From Dictyostelium discoideum (taxonomy: Eukaryota), in contig CM000150.2 of assembly GCA_000004695.1 (NCBI GenBank), positions 32,001-96,000 of the forward strand: a stretch of DNA of 64,000 nt. Reading direction: 5' to 3'. The translations under genes and the position numbers were made by a program. The number at the start of each line of letters is the position of its first letter. Positions within the stretch are counted from its first letter, which is position 1. Below, in pieces: positions 12,128 to 22,900 of the stretch. The notes under the pieces were generated by a model that had not been told where the DNA came from, did no database searches, and worked only from the letters and a program-made list of their open reading frames with translations.

Positions 12128-12764
12128 CACAGCAAAGAAAAATGCACCTTTAAAGCAAATTTAAAGCAAAGTTGATTTAAATTTGATTTAAATTGAATTT
12201 AAAGCCGCATTTAAAAAATTCATTTTTAAGGTAATTTTTAAGGTTATTTTTAAGATATTTAAAAATGCTTTTAAAATTTGCTTTAAAATAAATTTTTAAG
12301 CAATTTTAAAGGTGATTTTAAAGGTGATTTTAAAGGTGATTTTTAAGGTAATTTTTAAGATAATTTTTAAGATATTTAAAAATACCTTTAAAATTTATTT
12401 TAAATTAATTTTAAATTGAATTTAAGTAGATTTAAAGTAGATTTATAGTGAATTTAAATTTCCTTTAAATATAAATTTAAGGTTTTTAATAAAAAAGATC
12501 TAATTTTAGATCAAAATGGGGATAAAATATTCTATCAATTTTAAATTTTCATCAAAGCAATCAAATGGTGAAATGGTTGATGAGACTACCCTTTGATAAA
12601 GGGTCGGGGGGTAGAATCCCTTTTGGTAATTTTTGAAAAATTTAAAAAAAAAATTAAATAATTTTATCCGTTAAATAACGGCTTCGAACTCAGGACCTCG
12701 CTTTTAAAGCGATTAAAAAGGTTATTTTAAAGGTAATTTTTAAGGTGATTTTAAAGTAAACTTT
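12128..12764 (+). mobile_element. CACAG-terminus nonautonomous (MITE-like) element, copy i, 3'-truncated; contains GGTGATTTTAAA-type tandem repeats and a tRNA-like module (about 12545-12720)
   Basis: Starts CACAGCAAAGAAAAATGCACCTTTAAAGCAAATTTAAAG, the same as the termini of the complete copy at 55858-56605. Confidence 0.55.
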
Positions 12765-12812
12765 TAAATTTTTCAAGTAGCTTTAAACTTATTGAGTTTT
12801 CAATTCCCAACA
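12765..12812 (-). mobile_element. 48-bp fragment of the family-B transposase gene (reverse orientation)
   Basis: Reverse complement matches 37500-37547 (..FLMLGIENSISLKLLEKF..). Confidence 0.45.
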
Positions 12813-13654
12813 TTAAACACCGTCCAATAGCTCGTTAGTGGATATAATTCTTTCGTGGAACGTTTTAATGTGCGGGTGTTTCCGCGCCAATGACGGCTAG
12901 CTGGTGGTCGCTTTTTGTAATAACGAACAAGATTGAACAGAGATATCATCATTTGCGATCAACTTAAATAAATAGTCGACAGTCTGGGGAGTAGTGGGCA
13001 TTTCTGGATCGATAAGGTAAGCGTGACGATCATTTTAAATGGTTTCGCCTAAGCCCTTAACTTTACGTGCAACCATCTCAGTAAATTGCTCTGTGGTTAT
13101 TACACCCGCTGTGAGGTCTTGTTTACAGTTAGCGTACCATTGATCTAATTTTTGATTTGGTGTTTGTTTCATGATTGATACTCACTAATGGCTGATAGTA
13201 TTTAATGGGATGCGTGTTTCTTCAGACGACGCTGTAATACCGAATAGCCTTTGTTGAACCGTTCAGCATATAAATTTGACAAGCCGTTATACTGTATGAT
13301 GCGCCGCCATCCATCCGATGCTTACTGCTCAAATGAGGCTGCTGAACGACACAGTACCTTGAATGCCGGCATTAGATTCGATCACCTCATTGCTGGTTTC
13401 AAATGACACTGGCGCACGTCCGACGACCAGACCATCTTTAAGATTGTCGTAAGCTGTTGCGTACTGTAGCAAAGCACGTTTGAAATATAAATTGATTACC
13501 ACAACTAGAACGTTAGGGTTACGTATAGTATACTCAATTAACCAGCGAGTTTTCCCAGTTTGACGTGAGCCACTGAAGCCAATTGTAAACAACTCTCGTA
13601 AATGACATGCCTTAGTACCGCCAAGATTATTAGCAGCGCTACGCATTATTTAAA
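12813..13654 (-). other. Compositionally foreign (visibly higher-GC) prokaryote/phage-like segment, left half; continues at 18479 beyond the DIRS insertion
   Basis: Base composition differs sharply from the flanking AT-rich DNA. Contains a P-loop ORF and a further small ORF (MKQTPNQKLDQWYANCKQDLTAGVITTEQFTEMVARKVKGLGETI) on the minus strand. Confidence 0.5.
13329..13646 (-). CDS. P-loop NTPase fragment resembling the N-terminal ATPase of phage large-terminase subunits (Walker A GSRQTGKT; compare T4 gp17 SRQLGKT)
   Basis: 105-aa ORF; ATG at 13646 abuts the DIRS insertion point. Assignment is motif-based only. Confidence 0.4.
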   Translation of the reverse strand: MRSAANNLGGTKACHLRELFTIGFSGSRQTGKTRWLIEYTIRNPNVLVVVINLYFKRALLQYATAYDNLKDGLVVGRAPVSFETSNEVIESNAGIQGTVSFSSLI

Positions 13655-14104
13655 AATTTAATTTATTAAATTATATTTTATATTAAATATATATATATAT
13701 ATTATGAATAACATTTATTTATTTGAATTTCCCAAATATTTAAGATAATTTTTTAGAATGTTCTAGAACATTCGAAGAATAAAAAAAAATTTTCGAAAGA
13801 AAAGTAAAAATTTCGAACCGGCACAATGACGCGATCATTGTGTAAGGTCGAAAAACTGAAAAATTCCGAACCGACACTATGCACAAAGTTGTGAAGGGTC
13901 GAAAACTCTTATTTTTTTGAGTTTTGCGAAATTTTTAAGAAAATAAAAACGTATAAATAGTGGCACAAAAAACTAAAACAATTTGATTTATGGAATTCCG
14001 ACTAAGGGCGGGTGGGATGGGACTAATATATATATATATATTTAATATAAAATATAATTTAATAAATTAAATTTTTAATTTATATTATCATATATATATA
14101 TATA

Positions 14105-17100
14105 TTATGAAATTTGGACGACAGTATTTAAGAAACCACCAGATTTTTCACCAATGATTCTTTTATCGTAGAAGGTATCTACAGTATCATTTGATTTCCA
14201 ACGACCCATCTTCTTAACAACGTGGAACGGAACGTTATTGGACAACAGCAGAGAAGCCATAGCGGAACGGGTAGAGTGAGATTTGAACTTGACAATATCA
14301 ATACCTGACTTTGAGAGTGTTGATAGTACAATTGAGTTAATATCATTAACTTGGAGCGGTTCACCCTCATTCTTAATAAAGACAGAGTCACCCGAATGGG
14401 GCTTTCTTCTTCCTTTAGAGGCTCTAAGGTATGTTGCAAGGTGGCGAACAGGGCATACTTGAGAGTTTGTATCATCTAACGATGTTAATTCTAATATTGA
14501 AACAACACCACTTCTTTGTTCTTTAGCATTAATAACTGGACCTTTAATTGAGTCAGTAGTAATAATGAGACCTTTGAACGACCACTTCACCAAGTCTGAT
14601 GATCTTGCTAAACCAAACATTTTACAGAGTACAAGTGTCTTGTTTAATAGCGCAGTGTATGTGTACTTAGGGATAACTTTGATAGTAGATAAGTGCTTGA
14701 ATACTTGATTTGCATCCCATATCTCTTTATACTTTGCAGATGAAGGACGCAACTTGTGAATACCAGTCATAATTCTTGTGATGAATGGATCATTAACAAT
14801 ATCAGTTTGATTCCTGAGGAGTAACAACTGATTCAACATAGAGCGATGACCGTTAATTGTTGAGAAGGCTAACGGAGGTTTGTGTTTGAATAGATGTGTA
14901 AGATAATCCATGAAAACAACTAAGGTAATGTTTGCTGGATTCAAAGAGTTCAAAGTACAGAAATTGCGGAATCTTGTATAACTGGAGCTATATACTTTGA
15001 GAGTTGAAGGTTCCCAAGACTTCATTAACAGCTCAGCTGTTTTTGTATTTGCTGTACGAGCGAAGGACATTACATGAGATTGGAAAGTTGAATAATCCCC
15101 AGTTTCCAACGTTGTTGAATCTGGATTGGTATCGACTCTACTGATTGTTTGGTCAATACTTCTTGGAATGTTCCCAGTACTTGAGGGAACATGTGACGAT
15201 GATGACGAGGAACTTGTGCTTGAATCATCGGATACCAAGTTGCTGATCTCCAGATTGGGAAGATCAGTATTATAGAAACCTTCTTCGAACTGGATGAGTT
15301 CATCTTCTCCAGGATAGAAGGCAAAAGAATGGGTGGTGGGAAGGCCAGACATTGCTTCCATTGACTCCAGTCGAGGTGGAGTGCATTCATTCTGATTGTT
15401 GAGTAGTTGTTCGTTTGATGGTTCAGGTGAGATGCGAACAGATCCATCTGTATTTGACCGAATTGAAGTTGGATGCGATTGAACACTTCTTTCTTCAGTT
15501 GCCAGTTGTAACTCTTGATTACTCTGGTGGATGATTTGTGATTCATCTCTGAAAGACGGCTGAGGTGGTCGGCTTTTACATTGAAGAATCCTGGAATATG
15601 CTCTCCAATCAAGTTCACTTTCTTTTTGAGGCATTGTTTCCAAAGTTGTTCGAACAGAACTGAGAGATCTTGTATTTGACCACCCTGGCGATTGATGTAA
15701 GAGAGAGTAGTAGTGTTGTCGGTTTGAATCTTCAGCTTGCAGTTGTTTAGTTTCCGACATAGCGCTTGATAGGCCATAAGCAGCGCGAGCATTTCTCGAC
15801 GATTTGACGACATGTTTGATTGAGTTGTTGACCACTGGAATGACCAAGTTTTGATTACCTTGTTTCCTTTCTTGAGTGTGGCACCTGCACCTGATTCCGA
15901 GGCATCGGTTGTAAGAACATAGTCGTAACTTGGAAACAGACTGATTTCTTTTCCATTCCATTGGTTTAGAACTGTTAACCAATGCGAAATCTCTGACTTG
16001 ACCTCTTGGGGAATGGGGAATGATTGATCCCAATCTCCTTTGGCTATAGTCAGACACTGAGAGTGAAACTTGTTTGTTCGACGAGTGTAAAGTCTGAATG
16101 GGATGACTGCATCTTTCAGTGCGATTAACTTTCCTTTTAAACCAGCAAGCTTTCTTGGGGAGCAACAATCTAGTTTTAAAAAGTTTCTTATTTCTTTGAT
16201 GACACTTTTCTTCTTTTCTTTGGGAACAAGAAGCTTCATTGATACCGAATCGATTTGTAATCCGAGAAACGTAATTGATTGAGTTGGTTCGAGAACACTC
16301 TTTTCTAGATTTAACTTGAAGCCTAGTTTGACAAGTAAGTCCATTGTCTTTTTGAGGTTGGATAAACATTCTTCTTTTGTTGAACCGACGATTAATAGAT
16401 CGTCCAAGTAAGCGATGACGGATACGTTGATATCTCTCAACATTCGAAGTACAGGTCTTAACAGCATTGTAAATATACGAGGAGCTGTCGATAACCCGAA
16501 CGGCATTGTTTTCCAACGGTAGTGCGAACCTTTCCACACGAAGCGGAATAAGTCTCTGTATTGTGGATCTACTAACACGTGGAGGTAGGCTTTCTTGATA
16601 TCGAGTTTTACCATGTAATAACCTTGTTTGACCATTGACGGTAGATTCTTGATTCCTTCCATCTTGAATGATTGGTTGTTGATGTAAGTGTTTAACCTTT
16701 TTAGATCGAGAACTGGACGATGTAGATTCGTTCCAGGTTTTGGAACCGTAAACACGTTGGAGTAAAAAACGCGCTTTGAATAACGGTTTGGAAGTACTTG
16801 TTCGATAGCATCGTCTAATAACAAGTCTTGTACTTCCTTTGTGATGCAATCTGATTTCGGACCCTCTGGAATTGAAATCGGAATTGGGTTTAGCATCGGC
16901 TTGAAATTTGGAAGCAGATGGACTTTTAATCCATTTACGACCTCTTGACAAAAGTTTGGAAGACCCAATTCTTTCCAAACTTGTTTGTGGTGGAACAGAC
17001 GTCCACCTACTGGTAAGTTTACTTCTTGTTCTTCTGAAAACGGTTGTTGGTACCGTTTGCAGACTTGGTATTGTTGCTACCTGATGCAACACTACTTGGT

Positions 17101-17182
17101 GATCCATTGAAGTTGTTAGATCGGCCATTACTCCCACTACTGGATTTACTATTACTACTGTTTCCTGTAGTGTTATTACCAC
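14105..17182 (-). CDS. DIRS-1 long overlapping frame (ORF2), 1025 aa; C-terminal ~300 aa (about 14105-15060) is the tyrosine-recombinase domain; the N-terminal part overlaps ORF3 in another frame
   Basis: Open in all intact copies (also 20425-23520, 42542-45619). The true translation start is uncertain. Confidence 0.7.
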   Translation of the reverse strand: MVITLQETVVIVNPVVGVMADLTTSMDHQVVLHQVATIPSLQTVPTTVFRRTRSKLTSRWTSVPPQTSLERIGSSKLLSRGRKWIKSPSASKFQADAKPNSDFNSRGSEIRLHHKGSTRLVIRRCYRTSTSKPLFKARFLLQRVYGSKTWNESTSSSSRSKKVKHLHQQPIIQDGRNQESTVNGQTRLLHGKTRYQESLPPRVSRSTIQRLIPLRVERFALPLENNAVRVIDSSSYIYNAVKTCTSNVERYQRIRHRLLGRSINRRFNKRRMFIQPQKDNGLTCQTRLQVKSRKECSRTNSINYVSRITNRFGINEASCSQRKEEKCHQRNKKLFKTRLLLPKKACWFKRKVNRTERCSHPIQTLHSSNKQVSLSVSDYSQRRLGSIIPHSPRGQVRDFALVNSSKPMEWKRNQSVSKLRLCSYNRCLGIRCRCHTQERKQGNQNLVIPVVNNSIKHVVKSSRNARAAYGLSSAMSETKQLQAEDSNRQHYYSLLHQSPGWSNTRSLSSVRTTLETMPQKESELDWRAYSRILQCKSRPPQPSFRDESQIIHQSNQELQLATEERSVQSHPTSIRSNTDGSVRISPEPSNEQLLNNQNECTPPRLESMEAMSGLPTTHSFAFYPGEDELIQFEEGFYNTDLPNLEISNLVSDDSSTSSSSSSSHVPSSTGNIPRSIDQTISRVDTNPDSTTLETGDYSTFQSHVMSFARTANTKTAELLMKSWEPSTLKVYSSSYTRFRNFCTLNSLNPANITLVVFMDYLTHLFKHKPPLAFSTINGHRSMLNQLLLLRNQTDIVNDPFITRIMTGIHKLRPSSAKYKEIWDANQVFKHLSTIKVIPKYTYTALLNKTLVLCKMFGLARSSDLVKWSFKGLIITTDSIKGPVINAKEQRSGVVSILELTSLDDTNSQVCPVRHLATYLRASKGRRKPHSGDSVFIKNEGEPLQVNDINSIVLSTLSKSGIDIVKFKSHSTRSAMASLLLSNNVPFHVVKKMGRWKSNDTVDTFYDKRIIGEKSGGFLNTVVQIS
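15070..16968 (-). CDS. DIRS-1 ORF3 (reverse transcriptase / RNase H / C-terminal MT-like region), 632 aa, intact
   Basis: Motifs YLDDLLIVGS (RT), TDASESGAGATL and NVKADHLSR (RNase H). Confidence 0.85.
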   Translation of the reverse strand: MGLPNFCQEVVNGLKVHLLPNFKPMLNPIPISIPEGPKSDCITKEVQDLLLDDAIEQVLPNRYSKRVFYSNVFTVPKPGTNLHRPVLDLKRLNTYINNQSFKMEGIKNLPSMVKQGYYMVKLDIKKAYLHVLVDPQYRDLFRFVWKGSHYRWKTMPFGLSTAPRIFTMLLRPVLRMLRDINVSVIAYLDDLLIVGSTKEECLSNLKKTMDLLVKLGFKLNLEKSVLEPTQSITFLGLQIDSVSMKLLVPKEKKKSVIKEIRNFLKLDCCSPRKLAGLKGKLIALKDAVIPFRLYTRRTNKFHSQCLTIAKGDWDQSFPIPQEVKSEISHWLTVLNQWNGKEISLFPSYDYVLTTDASESGAGATLKKGNKVIKTWSFQWSTTQSNMSSNRREMLALLMAYQALCRKLNNCKLKIQTDNTTTLSYINRQGGQIQDLSVLFEQLWKQCLKKKVNLIGEHIPGFFNVKADHLSRLSEMNHKSSTRVIKSYNWQLKKEVFNRIQLQFGQIQMDLFASHLNHQTNNYSTIRMNALHLDWSQWKQCLAFPPPILLPSILEKMNSSSSKKVSIILIFPIWRSATWYPMIQAQVPRHHRHMFPQVLGTFQEVLTKQSVESIPIQIQQRWKLGIIQLSNLM

Positions 17183-18026
17183 TTGAGTTAACTAATTTCT
17201 TGACATTGGACTTGGAATGATAATTCAATTTTAACAATGATTGTTTAGCTTCGTTGTTCTTTCTGATTGACTTGGCTAGCTTTCTTACACGTTCAGTTTC
17301 AGTTTCATCAAACATCTTTGGTGTATCCTTGATCTTAATTGGTAAGAGTACTTCAGAACCATAGATTTCTTTAGCGATGTTGTTACGACGGACACGACTA
17401 AGCGATGCTTGAGCATTAACGGCTAAAACGATTGCACTCTGAGTTAAGTAACTAATAAGTTCTACATCGACATTAGAGCTATCAGATGATAACATACTTG
17501 ACATGAGAAGCAAAGGTTTTAAGCTATCGTTGATTCGCTTTTCAACAATCAACAAGTCAGTATCATTGTTCTTGACGTTGGATGATACAGTAATACCTTC
17601 AGGTGTACCGAATGGAGCGACATTCACTTGGAAGTTAGATGGAAAGTTGAATACTTTATTCAATTCGGATATTTCATCTTTCTTGAGGATACATTCTTCT
17701 TCGACGAGTAAACCTTGATTGTTAACCATATGTTTGTACTGACCAAGTAAGGTATCGGATAATTGATAATCGGTTGGAACATCGACATTGTTACTTGATT
17801 CATCTTCACTTTGTTCATTCTCGGTGTCAGAGTCATCATGAGAAGGTTGGCTACGTGAATTGGTATTAGATGAGAACATAGGTTCTTTCATGAATCTTGT
17901 AAAGGCTAAGGAAAGGTTGTTGATTTGATCCTCCATTGATTTCATTCTTAAATCAAAGGATTCAGCGCTATTAGAGACAGAGGTACTACTACTAGAGGCA
18001 TCATTATTATTAACAGTGGTAGACAT
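17019..18026 (-). CDS. DIRS-1 ORF1 (Gag-like), 335 aa, intact
   Basis: Open ORF; same protein in copies at 28063-29070 and 45456-46463. Confidence 0.85.
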   Translation of the reverse strand: MSTTVNNNDASSSSTSVSNSAESFDLRMKSMEDQINNLSLAFTRFMKEPMFSSNTNSRSQPSHDDSDTENEQSEDESSNNVDVPTDYQLSDTLLGQYKHMVNNQGLLVEEECILKKDEISELNKVFNFPSNFQVNVAPFGTPEGITVSSNVKNNDTDLLIVEKRINDSLKPLLLMSSMLSSDSSNVDVELISYLTQSAIVLAVNAQASLSRVRRNNIAKEIYGSEVLLPIKIKDTPKMFDETETERVRKLAKSIRKNNEAKQSLLKLNYHSKSNVKKLVNSSGNNTTGNSSNSKSSSGSNGRSNNFNGSPSSVASGSNNTKSANGTNNRFQKNKK

Positions 18027-18478
18027 ATTTTATTGTTGATATCTAAAATTATAATATGAGAAAAATAATAATATTAAAAATTAATAAAGAGAAATAATTA
18101 TTTGTATAAAATTTGTGTGTGTGTGTATCTTAAATATATATAGGAGGAATTCCCAAATAAAATAAATCAAATTGTTTTAGTTTTTTGTGCCACTATTTAT
18201 ACGTTTTTATTTTCTTAAAAATTTCGCAAAACTCAAAAAAATAAGAGTTTTCGACCCTTCACAACTTTGTGCATAGTGTCGGTTCGGAATTTTTCAGTTT
18301 TTCGACCTTACACAATGATCGCGTCATTGTGCCGGTTCGAAATTTTTACTTTTCTTTCGAAAATTTTTTTTTATTCTTCGAATGTTCTAGAACATTCTAA
18401 AAAATTATCTTAAATATTTGGGAAATTCAAATAAATAAATGTTATTCATAATATATATATATATATGATAATATAAAT

Positions 18479-19567
18479 AATCGCAATACTTTTCTCAAGT
18501 TCTTGAACTATCGCATCATAATCAATGGTAGAAGTCATGATTTTTTACCTCATTTATTTAAGTGGTTGTATGAACCCACAGGGTTATAGTCCTCATAAAC
18601 AGGAAGTAGTAGACCAGGTGCATTAGGCATTATTATTAATACACGCTGACCACGCACATAAGGTTGGTTGTTAACATATTTAAAATCAGTTGCCACATAG
18701 CCTTTTGGAATTTCCATGTTAAACTAATCCTCTTAATAGGTGACCGATGGCGGGGTTGACCGTCAGACTTCTACAACACCCAACCACGTAATATCGGAAG
18801 TGCTTCTGTCATTGTTCTTTTATTTTTAGATGCTACGCGGTTGATTGTGGTTTACTTACACCAAAGTGTAAGCGTCGGTTATTTGCTGGCATACTTTCAG
18901 ACACGTCCCAAGTCTCCAATTCACCGCCTTCCGCTATTAAGGGTGCCTAATGACGGACATTCATCTCAAAATAAAACCAGGAGGGGTAAAACCATCCTAT
19001 ATACTAATCTTACGGACGTGGTGATATCGAATACCACATTCTGTAATTTAGATCATGATCGGTGTTATTTATTTAATGTTTTGGCTATTGCTATAACCGA
19101 CCAAGCTACTGTGTTTCCACAGAAATGACTCGAACCATCGACCCACAGCGTGTATATAGTGAGCTGGTGGTTTAACCTCCCAAGGGCGGTGTTCGACTAT
19201 TCGTCAAACGATGACAAGCTTTTTAATTTAATTAAACTACCACACCATCTACAATTTCGATTTTGGTAGAAGAGTTAGATTCAGTTAACGCGTAATCAAT
19301 GTTGGCTTCGAAATCCAGAATCTCTTTTTCCTACTGCTTGATTACTTTGCTGATCTCCAGCGGATACAGCACGCCTGGCTGATAACGTTCGATAACTGGA
19401 TTAACGAACGCAGCAATGGAAGCTTCATCGGCTTTCTTAGTACCGTTGAATGCTTCGGTGCGCGCGATATTTTCACGCTGGTCAAAATTGGAGTTACCGT
19501 TGTGACGAGATATCGATTCGTAGTTCGCTTTCAAAGCTTTGACAATATCGCGTTTCTCACCTAATGC
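18479..19567 (-). other. Continuation of the prokaryote/phage-like segment; small ORFs with SD-like GAGG spacing
   Basis: Minus-strand ORFs 19331-19534, 18550-18716 (MEIPKGYVATDFKYVNNQPYVRGQRV...) and 18479-18538 (MTSTIDYDAIVQELEKSIAI). aaataaatGAGGtaaaaaatcATG sits 7 nt before the last of these. Confidence 0.45.
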
Positions 19568-19579
19568 ATTATGTGCATG

Positions 19580-19974
19580 TGCAGCAAAGAAAAATCCACA
19601 TTTAAAGCAAATTTAAAGCAAAGTTGATTTAAATTGGATTTAAATTGAATTTAAAGCCGGGTTTAAAAAATTCATTTTCAAGGTAATTTTTAAGATAATT
19701 TTAAGATATTTAAAAATGCTTTAAAATTTATTTTAAAATAATTTTAAAGAGGATTTAAAGTTGATTTAAAGTAGATTTAAAGTGAATTAAAATTTCCTTT
19801 AAATATAAATTTAAGGTTTTTAATAAAAAACATCTAATTTTAGATCAAAAAAATGGGGATAAAATATTCTATCATTTTTAAATTATCATCAAAGCAATCA
19901 AATGGTGAAATGGTTGATGAGACTACCCTTTGATTGATGAGACTACCCTTTTGGTAAATTTTCAAAAAATTTAA
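19580..19974 (+). mobile_element. MITE-like element, copy ii (5' ~400 bp), truncated by DIRS copy D5
   Basis: ..CAGCAAAGAAAAATCCACATTTAAAGCAAATTTAAAGCAAAGTTGATTTAAATT... is collinear with 12128-12560 and with the reverse complement of 56180-56605. Confidence 0.5.
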
Positions 19975-22900
19975 AAATTTAATTTATTAAATTATATTTT
20001 ATATTAAATATATATATATATATATTATGAATAACATTTATTTATTTGAATTTCCCAAATATTTAAGATAATTTTTTAGAATGTTCTAGAACATTCGAAG
20101 AATAAAAAATTTTCGAAAGAAAAGTAAAAATTTCGAACCGGCACAATGACGCGATCATTGCGACAGGTCGAAAAACTGAAAAATTCCGAACCGACACTAT
20201 GCACAAAGTTGTGAAGGGTCGAAAATACTTATTTTTTTTGAGTTTTGCGAAATTTTTAAGAAAAGAAAAACTTATAAATAGGGCACTAAAAACTAAAACA
20301 ATTTGATTTATGGAATTCCGACTAAGGGCGGGTGGGATGGGACTAATATATATATATATTTAATATAAAATATAATTTAATAAATTAAATTTTTAATTTA
20401 TATTATCATATATATATATATATATTATGAAATTTGGACGACAGTATTTAAGAAACCACCAGATTTTTCACCAATGATTCTCTTATCGTAGAAGGTATCT
20501 ACAGTATCGTTTGATTTCCAACGACCCATCTTCTTGACAACGTGGAACGGAACGTTATTGGACAACAGCAGAGAAGCCATAGCGGAACGGGTAGAGTGAG
20601 ATTTGAACTTGGAAATATCAATACCTGACTTTGAGAGTGTTGATAGTACAATTGAGTTAATATCATTAACTTGGAGTGATTCACCTTCATTCTTAATAAA
20701 GACAGAGTCACCCGAATGGGGCTTTCTTCTTCCTTTAGAGGCTCTAAGGTATGTTGCAAGGTGGCGAACAGGGCATACTTGAGAGTTAGTATCATCTAAA
20801 GATGTTAATTCTAAGATTGAAACAACACCACTTCTTTGTTCTTTAGCATTAATAACTGGACCTTTAATTGAGTCAGGAGTAATAATGAGACCTTTGAACG
20901 ACCACTTCACCAAGTCTGATGATCTTGCTAAACCAAACATTTTACAGAGTACAAGTGTCTTGTTTAATAGCGCAGTGTATGTGTACTTAGGGATAACTTT
21001 GATAGTAGATAAGTGCTTGAATACTTGATTTGCATCCCATATCTCTTTATACTTTGCTGATGAAGGACGCAACTTGTGAATACCAGTCATAATTCTTGTA
21101 ATGAATGGATCATTAACAATATCAGTTTGATTCCTAAGGAGTAATAACTGATTCAACATAGATCGATGACCGTTAATTGTTGAGAAGGCTAACGGAGGTT
21201 TGTGCTTGAACAGATGTGTAAGATAATCCATGAAAACAACTAAGGTAATGTTTGCTGGATTCAAAGAGTTCAAAGTACAGAAATTGCGGAATCTTGTATA
21301 ACTGGAGCTATATACTTTGAGAGTTGAAGGTTCCCAAGACTTCATTAACAGCTCAGCTGTTTTTGTATTTGTTGTACGAGCGAAGGACATTACATGAGAT
21401 TGGAAAGTTGAATAATCCCCAGTTTCCAACGTTGTTGAATCTGGATTGGTATCGACTCTACTGATTGTTTGGTCAATACTTCTTGGAATGTTCCCAGTAC
21501 TTGAGGAAACATGTGACGATGATGACGAGGAACTTGTGCTTGAATCATCGGATACCAAGTTGCTGATCTCCAGATTGGGAAGATCAGTATTATAGAAACC
21601 TTCTTCGAACTGGATGAGTTCATCTTCTCCAGGATAGAAGGCAAAAGAATGGGTGGTGGGAAGGCCAGACATTGCTTCTATTGACTCCAATCGAGGTGGA
21701 GTGCATTCATTCTGATTGTTGAGTAGTTGTTCGTTTGATGGTTGAGGTGAGATGCGAACAGATCCATCTGTATTTGACCGAATTGAAGTTGGATGCGATT
21801 GAACACTTCTTTCTTCAGTTGCCAGTTGTGACTCTTGATTACTCTGGTCGATGATTTGTGATTCATCTCTGAAAGACGACTGAGGTGGTCGGCTTTTACA
21901 TTGAAGAATCCTGGAATATGCTCTCCAATTAAGTTCACTTTCTTCTTGAGGCATTGTTTCCAAAGTTGTTCGAACAGAACTGAGAGATCTTGTATCTGAC
22001 CACCCTGGCGATTGATATAAGAGAGAGTGGTAGTGTTGTCGGTTTGAATCTTCAGCTTGCAGTTGTTCAGTTTCTGACATAGCGCTTGATAGGCCATTAG
22101 CAGTGCGAGCATTTCTCGACGATTTGACGACATGTTTGATTGAGTTGTTGACCACTGGAATGACCAAGTTTTGATTACCTTGTTTCCTTTCTTGAGAGTG
22201 GCACCTGCACCTGATTCCGAGGCATCGGTTGTAAGAACATAGTCGTAACTTGGAAACAGACTGATTTCTTTTCCATTCCATTGGTTTAGAACTGTTAACC
22301 AATGTGAAATCTCTGACTTGACATCTTGAGGAATGGGGAATGATTGATCCCAATCTCCATTGGCTAGAGTCAGACACTGAGAGTGAAACTTGTTTGTTCG
22401 ACGAGTGTAAAGTCTGAATGGGATGACTGCATCTTTCAGTGCGATTAGCTTTCCTTTTAAACCAGCAAGCTTTCTTGGGGAGCAAAAATCTAGTATTAAA
22501 AAGTTTCTTATTTCCTTGATGACACTTTTCTTCTTTTCTTTGGGAACAAGAAGCTTCATTGATACCGAATCGATTTGTAATCCGAGAAACGTAATTGATT
22601 GAGTTGGTTCGAGAACACTCTTTTCTAAGTTTAACTTGAAACCTAGTTTGACAAGTAAGTCCATTGTCTTTTTGAGGTTGGATAAACATTCTTCTTTTGT
22701 TGAACCGACGATTAATAGATCGTCCAAGTAAGCGATGACGGATACGTTGATATCTCTCAACATTCGAAGTACAGGTCTTAACAACATTGTAAAGATACGA
22801 GGAGCTGTCGATAACCCGAACGGCATTGTTTTCCAACGGTAGTGCGAACCTTTCCACACGAAGCGGAATAAGTCTCTGTATTGCGGATCTACTAATACGT

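Larger units (their letters stand above)
13655..18478 (-). mobile_element. DIRS-1 copy D4, full length: right ITR 13655-14104, three open ORFs, left ITR about 18040-18478
   Basis: Canonical DIRS architecture; ITRs are inverted copies of each other, each with the HSE-like palindrome. Confidence 0.9.

Noticed and set aside
12545-12720. Possible tRNA genes inside the MITE-like elements (and at 41770-41925)
   Set aside because: D-arm, anticodon-arm and T-arm-like motifs are present, but no 7-bp acceptor stem or CCA-compatible 3' end can be formed by hand. Reported as tRNA-like modules, not tRNA genes.
12813-13654. Treating the higher-GC prokaryote-like segments simply as bacterial food-organism contamination
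   Set aside because: A complete DIRS-1 is inserted precisely inside the segment, so the segment pre-dates the insertion in this molecule. Contamination of raw reads is therefore unlikely, but a mis-assembly chimera is still possible and is flagged in the finding.
14179-14475. 98-aa antisense ORF MIQTLKYALFATLQHT... inside the recombinase region of each DIRS copy
   Set aside because: Same argument: it is recurrent only because the DIRS copies are near-identical.
17503-17718. 71-aa antisense ORF MRSKGFKLSLIRFSTINKSV... found opposite ORF1 in every DIRS copy (also 23817, 24288, 28547, 45940, 55571)
   Set aside because: Its conservation is fully explained by conservation of the sense-strand gag ORF; no independent signal supports a gene.
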